64,000 nucleotides of DNA from Mantamonas sphyraenae STR306 (taxonomy: Eukaryota; Protista; CRuMs). How positions within the stretch are numbered: the stretch's first letter is position 1; every line of letters starts with the position of its first letter. Made by a program: the position numbers and the translations under genes. Location of the stretch: assembly GCA_026936335.1 (NCBI GenBank), contig JAPMXV010000021.1:62001-126000 (forward strand), written 5' to 3'. Under the pieces are notes generated by a model. That model ran no database searches, had not been told where the DNA came from, and was given only the letters and a program-made list of their open reading frames with translations. Below are positions 55,672 through 64,000 of this stretch, in pieces.

Positions 55672-58600
55672 ATGAGCGAAGACAAATTGGCTCGACGGGA
55701 ACAGCGATCGGTAGCCAGTGCACGGCTGTCGTTGGCGCTGAGCTACCTGGCGAGCAACAAACATGAGGCATGCGAACAATTGCTTGTGGAGGCACAGGCC
55801 TTGTGTCAGGAGGGCGAGGTGTTGTTGCCACGGGTGCAACTGGCCCTTGCAAGGGTGTACACAGCCACCCAACGATGGGATGAGGCCCATCAGGCTCTGC
55901 AGGGCAGCGTGGCCCAGTTTGCACTGGCCTTGTCGTCCACACCATCGTCGTCGCCAGCAGCAGAAGAAGAGGGCGGCGGACAACATCAGGAATCGTCGGC
56001 CGGGGTGAGCGAAGCGACGGGAGACACACAAGTGTGGCTGGAGTACGCCACAGCGTTGTTGATGCACGCACAGAGCATGCAGGCGCAGCAACAGCGACGA
56101 CGCAGCGCGTACGAGGAGCAGGTGGAAGCCATGGTGGCAGCACGGCTTGCAGGTGAGGCCGGCGAGGAGCCGGAGCCGCTGGCCGCCGCTGACGAGATGG
56201 CGGGAGAGCAATCCGAGGCGCTGGAGGCAGTGCAGCTGGCATGCAACATTGTGGAAACACACCAACTGATGGAATCCGGGAGCGCAGAGGCAGTGCGAGT
56301 GTACACAGAGAGCAAACACATGGAGGGCCGTCTGGCGCTGGCGGGAAACCAGGTGGAGGTGGCTCGCACGGCGTTGGAAGTGGCCCTGCTGCACTGTGAG
56401 CAACACATGGGTGCCACACACCCGCTGACAGCACGCGTGTGCACAGAGTTGGCCCATCTGTACGAGGCATTGGACGACCACGCCTCGGAGAAGCTGTACA
56501 AACAAGCGCTGGGTCTGTTGGAGGCGGCCCACGGCGCGCAATCCCCCGCCCTTGCCACCGAGCTGGCCCGGCTGGCTTCCCTGTACGAGGAACAAACCCT
56601 GCACGCCAAGGCCATTCCTATCTACAAACGAGCTCTGGATATCCGCATGCAGAACGGCCGTGCGCCGCTGGAGCTGGCACGAGCGGCCCAGGACTGCGCC
56701 GCGGCGTATCGAGAGGCTGGCGACAAAGACACGGCCGTGGCCCAGCTGGAATTGGGCGTGGCTGCATTGCAACGACATGGCAAGGCTCGCACCTGGGCAG
56801 CACGAGACATTTTACACGACCTGGCTCAATTGTACCGTGCCCAGGACAACCTTGGCGACGCACAGGGCCTGTTTTTTGTGAGTTGCCGTTGAAGGGCCGC
56901 GCCAAGCCGCAAAAGACATTCCCTTTTCCACAGACACACGCACACGCACACACACCCACACACACACTGACACCGGCAATGCCCCATCCATGTCCACACA
57001 GACGGTGATGCAATTGGATGCAGCACGATACGGGCGGCACAGTGGACAGGAGATGCATACGGCAGGAGAGCTGGCCGAGGTGTTGACGGCGCTGGAGGAG
57101 TACGAGCAAGCGGAGCCGCTGCTGGTGGACGTGCTGTCGTACCAGGAGACACGACTGGACAGCAATCACATGCAGGTGGCGGAGCTGTGTGTGCATCTGG
57201 CGGTGTGCAAGCAGGGATTGGGACGTATGGAGGAGGCGCAGGCGCTGTTTGACAGGGCGATCGCCGCTCAGGCGAGCCACAGCGACGGCCACCGGCTGCC
57301 TGTGGAGATGGCACACACGCTGCGGCTGTGTGCACGTCTTTTTGTGGCCATGGGACAGGCGGAGGCCGGGTGTGAGGTGATGGAACGTGCGGTGGCCGTG
57401 CACGTGTCCCACTACGCCGACACGCACCCGACGCTGGTGGAGCTGTACACAGAGTTGGGTGACATGCACGCGCAGGCGGGACAGTACCCACGTGTGGAGG
57501 AGTGTCTCACGCGTGCGGTCGAGTGTCTCATGCGACAGCATGGGACGTCACACACCAAGGTGGCACGCGGCTTGCACAGGCTAGCCGCGTTCCTCAACGC
57601 ACAGGCACGGTACGAAGAGGCGCGTGCGCCACTGTTTCGCTGCTTGGACATCCTTGAAACAGCCATGGGCACGGATCATCCCGCGTGTCTGGAGACGCTG
57701 CTGGCGCTGGCACGCAACTACGAAGGCGTGGCACGGTACCACAAGGCACACGCGTACCGTCAGCGCGCCTTTGAGCTGCAGCAACGCTCGCTGGGCAGCC
57801 ACAACGCACTGTTGGCGCAGCCCATGTGTCTGTTGGCCCTGTCGCATCTGCGTGTGCGTCACGTGCGCGATGCCGCCGCCTCGCTGGAGCAGGCGCTGCG
57901 GTTGGCGTTGCCCACACTTGATCAGACGCAAACCGACGCCGCGCAGGCGTTGATGGAAGAGTTGAAGGCGTGCGACACAAGTGTCCATGTTGTCAGTGGT
58001 GGCGACACGGGTGGATACTACACGGACGAGACGAGGACGCTGCATGCTCTTGCGTTGCGCGTGGTTCAAACCCTGTTTCTTGTGGGTCACAGCACGCTGG
58101 CAGGTGTGCTCAAGGCCACTGGAGACATGTACCAGGAGATGGGCGATGGCACACAGGCACGATCGGCCTACGAAGGGGCACTGCGCATCATGAGCAAGAG
58201 CCGCGGTGACAACCACCCATCGCTGATTGCACTGTTGAACGACCTGGCTGCCCTGCACCAAAGCCAGGGCCAGCTGGCACAGGCACAACCGTACTACACT
58301 CGTGCGGTGGATGTGGCCCTGGCCGCATTCGGCACGCAACATCCACTCACCGCAGCCCAGCAGCACAACCTCGCCGTCGTCATGGCCATGCGTCACCAAT
58401 ACCACCAAGCAGAACGGCTGTTTGACGCGGCCCTGGATGCACTGCGTGTGTACTCTGAGCGTGCGGCGGCATCGGCGGCTGGAGCACGATCCTCGACATC
58501 CGCCTCCGCCTCGACAGCCGCGTACAAGGCACACGAGCAGCAGGGGCAGGCGGCGATGGGAGTGGGAGAGGACATCATGGGCCAGGCGAGCGAGACCATG

Positions 58601-61600
58601 TGCTCGATGGCGGGCATGTTTGAGGCGCGCAAGCTGTGGACGCGTGCGCTCCCTCTCTACCAGCAGGCGTTGCTGATTGTGCGGGACATGCACGGAGACG
58701 ACCACGGCTCAGTGGCAGACATCCTCACGCATGTGGCACAGGTGTATTCGAGCATGGGTCAGGCCGACGCTGCTCTGCAGTGCCAGGAGGAAGCGCTTCT
58801 GATTTGGCAGCGGCTTCATGGCGAACACAGCAGCCGAGTGGCCAACGCCTTGTCCAAGTTGGCGCTGTTGTACATGGCCACACGTGACTACACCACAGCG
58901 TTGCGTCTGGAGAAGCGTGCTCTGGGTGTGTATGAGCGTGTGTTGGGCTCCAAGCACCCGGAAGTGGCCACTGCTTCGTGTCGCCTGTCGGGCATCTGTG
59001 CCAAAATGGGCGATTTTCACGAGGCCGAACTGTTCTGCCAGCGCGCCCTCAGCATTCGCAAACACGCCTATGGCGACGACCACGCCGAGGTGTACTCCAC
59101 CATGAGTCTGCTGGCTGTACTCATGGAGGGTCAGCGCAAGTACGACGAGGCAGCGGCCCTGCACAAGCGAGTGCTGGAGTTCCGCGTGGCTGCGCTGGGC
59201 CAGAGTCATCCGCTGGTGGCAGAATCCCTGCAACAATTGGGTTCCATGTGTCGCTCCCAGGGCGCCTACGAAGACGCAGAGGCCTACCTCGTGCGTGCAG
59301 TCCAACTGCGCAGCAAGGAAGCGGCAAGCAGTGTCGGCAGTGGGCGTGGTGAGGGTGATGATGAGCATGGTGAGCATCGGGGCGATGAGGAGCAGGAGCT
59401 AGATCAGCACGCGGAGCGGCAGCGGAGGGAGATTGCCCTGATGGCGGTGTATCAGGACCTGGGCACCTTGTACACAGAGGCTGGCAAGCTGGACAAAGCA
59501 CAGAGCACATACGAAAAGATGTTGGAGATGGCCGAGGCGTACTGTGAAGCAAGCGGGGTCACGGAGGATGCCATGTTGGCGGCAGCACTGCAGGGTCTGG
59601 CTGGGGTGTTGTATGCACGCAACGAACACGCGGCGGCGCTGCCGTTGGTGGAGCGTGCGGTGCGTGTGGAGAAGTTGATGAAGGGGGACAAGCACCCGTC
59701 CCTTGCACAGAGTCTGTGTCGCAAGGCGGCGTTGCAGGCGTCGCAAGGCTTGTATGACGCGGCATTGCAGACATACGCAGAGGCGTTGGAGGTGGAGGAG
59801 ATGCACGTCGGGGCGGCTCATCCCGAGGTGGCGTTGACGCTGAATGACATGGCCAACGTGTACGCGACGTCGGGTCGTCTGGGCGAAGCCAAGCCGTTGT
59901 ACCAACGTGCGTTGGACATTCGCATGCGTGCGTTGGGCGAACGGCACCCGGACGTGGCTGTGTCGCTGAAGAACCTGGCCATGGTGGCCAAGGAAGAGGG
60001 CCAACCGTTGGAGGCCACCTCCAAGCTGCAGGCGGCACTGCACATCCAGGAAGAGCAGTATGGCAAATCACACCCGGAGGTTGCACACACACTGGCGGCC
60101 ATCGCTCTCATCATGCACACGGATGGCAAACACGGTGCGGCGGAACCCATGTACAAACGGGCACTGAAAATCATGGCCAGCAGGGATAGCGACTCGCTGG
60201 AGTGTGCGCAGGCCATGTGCAACCTGGGTGCCGTACAGGTGGCACTGAACAAGCTGGACGACGCCGAGCGCAACTATGCACGTGCGCTGGAAAGCATCCG
60301 GGCGCTGCTGGAGCGGGAAGGAGGCGTGGTCACGTCGACATCCTCGTCGTCGTCGTCTTCGAGTGGGGAGGAGGATCCGAGCAGTGTGCGCATGCAGGCG
60401 TTGCTGGCCATGGCCGAGTGCTACAACGGTCTGGGGGCCATCCACAAGGGCAACCGCAAGTACGACGCGGCGCAACGGTACTACGAGGAGGCGTTGGCGT
60501 TGGAAGAGCGTGCGTTTGGGGCCAACCATCCGTATGTGGCTCGCACGCTGTCGCACGTGGCGATGGTGAAAATCCAAATGGGTGCCGAGGACGAAGCCAA
60601 TGCGCTCTACCAGCGCTCGCTGTCCATCATTGAGAGCAACTTTGGGCCGGAACACCTGGACATTGCAATCATGCTGTCCAAGTTGGGTGCGCAGCATCTC
60701 AAGTCGGGCCAGTTTAAGCTGGCACTGGAGATGTACAGCCGATCGCTGCGCATCCGCGAAGGGGTGCAGGGTACACACAGCGACGAGCTTGTGCCCACAC
60801 TCATGGCCATGGTCAAGTGCCACCGCACACAGGGCCACTTTGCGCACGCAGAACCGCTGTTGTTGCGTGCGCTGGAACTGATGGGTGGCGAGGGCGCATC
60901 AAGTGCTGCTGATGACCAGGCAAAGGGCAACAGCAAAACGCGCGGCGACAACGTGGACGTGGCCTTGGTTCCCGTGTTGGTTCAGCTGGCCGAATTGTAC
61001 TACGAACGGCATTCGTACGACGGCGCAGAGGCGGTGTTGGAACGTGCACTGCGCATCCAGGAGCTGGTCGTGGGTGCAGAGCACAAGAGATGTGGCGACG
61101 ATGCTGATGAAGCTGGCGCGAGTGTACCTGGCGAACGACAAGGGAGACCGTGTGGGGCGCATGCTGCAGCGCGCTCTGGGCATCCGTGAGGATTGGTTCG
61201 GGTGGACGAGTGTAGAGGTGGGCGAGGTGCTGCAGGCGATCGGGCAGATGCACGCGGCACGACGGTCGTGGGACAACGCACGGACGTACTTTGACCGTGC
61301 GCACACGGTGTTCCAAGACACGGTGGGCGAGACGGACGATCCGCACATGTCCAACCTGTGGATGGAGATGGCACGCTGTCAGCTGGGCCAGAAACGGACG
61401 GAGCGTGCTCGCAAACTGCTGCACAAGTGTGCCAAGGTGCGCGAGGCCTTTTACGGACCCGACCACGAGAGTGTGGCCGACGTGTTGCACCTGATGGGCA
61501 CCCTGGATGTGCGCGAGCACAGGTTCCACGAGGCCCACCCGCTGCTCCTTCGTGCGCTGGGCATACGCGAGGGGGTTATGGGCGGCGAACACCCGCAGGT

Positions 61601-64000
61601 TGGCGAAACACTGGCTGCGTTGGCACATGCCAAGGCGGAAATGGGCCAGGTGGAACGTGCACGCGACATGTGTGCACGTGCACTGGCCATCTTTGAGACC
61701 TCACTGGGCAAAGAGTGCGAAGAGGTGGGCACGCAGCTGTTGCGGCTGTGCAAGCTGCACACGCAGGCACACGCATACAAACAGGCCGAAGAATGTGGCC
61801 TGCGTGCCATCGAGGTGCGCAAGGCTCTGCATGGCAAAGAGGCGTTGGAAACGGCTGCAGCCGAGGCCCAACTGGGCAGGCTGTACTTGCGCATCGGCCG
61901 GTGCGACTTTGCCGCCACGCTGCTCGAACAGGCATTCAGCAGCGTGTACGAGCGTCTGTCGGACCATGACCGTACCGTGCGTGCGCTGATGGATTTGGGC
62001 GAGCTGTACCTTGTCACGGCGCAGTTTGACAAAGCGGAACCGGTGTATGCGCGTGCGTTGCGCATGCGTGAACAGCTGCACGGGCCGAGAACCCCAACAA
62101 CGTGCGTTGCATGCTGAAACTGTGCGAGTTTTACTGTGCGCACGCAGACTATCACAAGGCGCTGAGTCTGGTGGAGCGAAGTCTGTCGATTGCAGAGCAG
62201 TTTTGCGGGCCCGAGAGTGAGCTTGTCGCTGTGGTGCTGCACCAGGTGGGGCGAGTGTACATGCATCAAGGCTTGCATGCACACGCCATGCAGGTGTTTA
62301 CCGAGGCACACGCCATCCGGCAACAGTTGTGGCAGGATCCTGAGCGTGTTCGCGAACGCGCGGCACAGCGGGAGCAGGACAACCTGGTGGACATTCACCA
62401 GTGGCAAGATGACAGTGCGCGTCTGCTGATGGACATGGGAGGTGCGCGATGCGAGTTGCAACAGCTGGCAACTGCGCAGAGTGCTCTGAAACAGGCAGGG
62501 GAGCTGTTTGTGGAGGTGTACGGTGACAAGTGTCCCGAGTGGTACGAAGTCATGCTGGCGCAGGCCCGCGTCTATCGAGAGCGAGGCCTGTGGAAGCAGG
62601 CAGACGATGGGTTCAAGCGTGTGGCAAACTACAGGTGCAATCTGTACGACACCGAGTTCCACGCGGGCGTGGCCGAGGCGTTGTTCGAGCTGGCCGACTC
62701 GCGGCTGCGACAAGAAAAGGTGGCCAAGGCCAAGAGTGGGTTTGAACAGGCACTGATCATCAACGAACAGCTGTACGGTCCCGAACACGATGCGGTCGCA
62801 CGTGCGTTTGTAAAGTTGGGTGCTTGTCACGTGGCGGCGGACGAGCTGGAATACGCAGAGCGCATGTTTGACAACGCGACGGCGGTGATGGAACAGGTGT
62901 GTGGCAAAGTGCACAGCATGGTGGTCCCCTCGCTGCTGGAGGTGGCAAAGCTGCGCGTGATGCAGCAAGACTACGCGGCGGCAATCGAGCTGTGTGACCG
63001 TTGCAGCGTGTTGTTGGAGCGTCGCTTTGATGGCCACCACCCTGCATTCATGGGTGTGTTGGAAACCCAGGCCCAGGTGGCATACGAGCGTGGCGAACTC
63101 CAGCGTGCACTGGAGCTGTACGAGGCTGCACTGAAAGCAGCCGACAATGCGTATGGCGAGCTGCATCCGCGCATCAGCAGCATGCTCTGTGCGGTCTCGT
63201 ATGTGCATCGCGACCTGGGCGACTTTGAGCGCGCACAGGGTCTGCTGGAGGAGGCACTGCAGATCACCGAGGGTCTGGTAGGAGAGGAACACAGCGGCGT
63301 GGCAAACATCCTGAACGACATGGCGAACCTTGCGGGAGTGCAACAACGCACCGGGGACGCCATGGCGCTGTACACACGCGCACTTGAGATCCAAGAGGCA
63401 ACTCTGCATGCACCGCACAGCGCAATGGCGAGCACGTTGAACAACATGGCAAACCTGCAGTATGCACAGGGTCAGTACGAGGCGAGCGAGGCCCTGTACA
63501 GGCGTGCGCTGGAAATGGAGGAGGAGGTGTTTGGCAAAGAGCACCGGGAGGTTGCATCGACGCTGAACAACCTGGCTGCACTGATGTTTACACGACACGA
63601 GTATGCCGAGGCAGAGGTGACGTACCAGCGCGCACTGGCCATCCAAAAGAAGCGCCTTGGCGTGCGCAACGTGATGACGGCGACGACGATGAACAACCTG
63701 GGCAACCTGATGCGAGCGCAGGGCAAGCTGGAGGAGGCGGAGCCGCTGTTTGTGACGGCACTGGAGGTGAAAGAGGCCCTGTTTGGCAAGGGACACATCT
63801 CGTTGGCGACAACCCTGACCAACCTGGGCACGCTGTACATGGACATGGGGGCGCGTGTTCACTTGCGCAAGGCTGAGAAGCTGCTGGACCGTGCCTTGCA
63901 GATCAAGATGAAGGTGAATGGGGAGGATCACGAGAGTGTGGTGTCGACGATGCTCGTGTACGCACAGCTGCTGGAGCGAACGGACAGAGACGCCGGTGCC
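55672..64000 (+). CDS. Giant kinesin-light-chain/NPHP3-type TPR repeat protein, 3'-partial, with two apparent frameshifts
   Basis: Exon 55672-56877, intron 56878-57001 (GTGAGT..CAG, phase 0), then ~42-aa repeats (..G.xHP.VA..L..LA..Y). The repeat-coding frame shifts at ~61088 and ~62085 and appears to stay open to the window end. Confidence 0.85.

Noticed and set aside
1-64000. Hundreds of overlapping antisense and alternative-frame ORFs in the track
   Set aside because: Expected shadows of GC-rich coding DNA. Each overlaps a better-supported gene and has no recognisable motifs.

Overview
Gene-dense nuclear DNA from a eukaryote, most likely a free-living protist (inference; I cannot name the organism). 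It has short GT-AG spliceosomal introns and intergenic spacers mostly under 200 bp. I built about 29 gene models by joining ORFs across phase-compatible splice sites. Recognisable genes include GTP cyclohydrolase II, PRP31, CENP-T (2 copies), PRC1 RING1/RNF2 (2 copies), CLN3/battenin, an epoxide hydrolase, a CDKN3-like phosphatase, PIG-X, UPF3, a spartin/senescence-domain protein, condensin II CAP-D3, MSH2, a two-domain membrane nucleotide cyclase, a TM-WW-IQ-DH-PH RhoGEF, a NEF1 homologue, a metallophosphoesterase, RPN13, an LRR protein, a divergent SMC, a GW2/DA2/SIP5-type RING protein and a giant TPR gene that runs off the right end. The strongest second-look items are: (1) a shortened, highly divergent SMC2-like ATPase whose stop overlaps the next gene's start (ATGA); (2) E2F-type motifs inside the first introns of chromosome-maintenance genes; (3) a candidate gustatory-receptor-like 7TM ion channel; (4) multi-kb G/C strand-skew domains that ignore gene orientation; (5) a recent inverted duplication of CENP-T plus RING1 in which the substitutions I found are all synonymous; (6) a cyclase with swapped C1/C2 catalytic roles; (7) a pair of unassignable paralogous polytopic membrane proteins. 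All family assignments come from motif recognition by eye; no database searches were run. I saw no rRNA, tRNA, CRISPR array or transposase.
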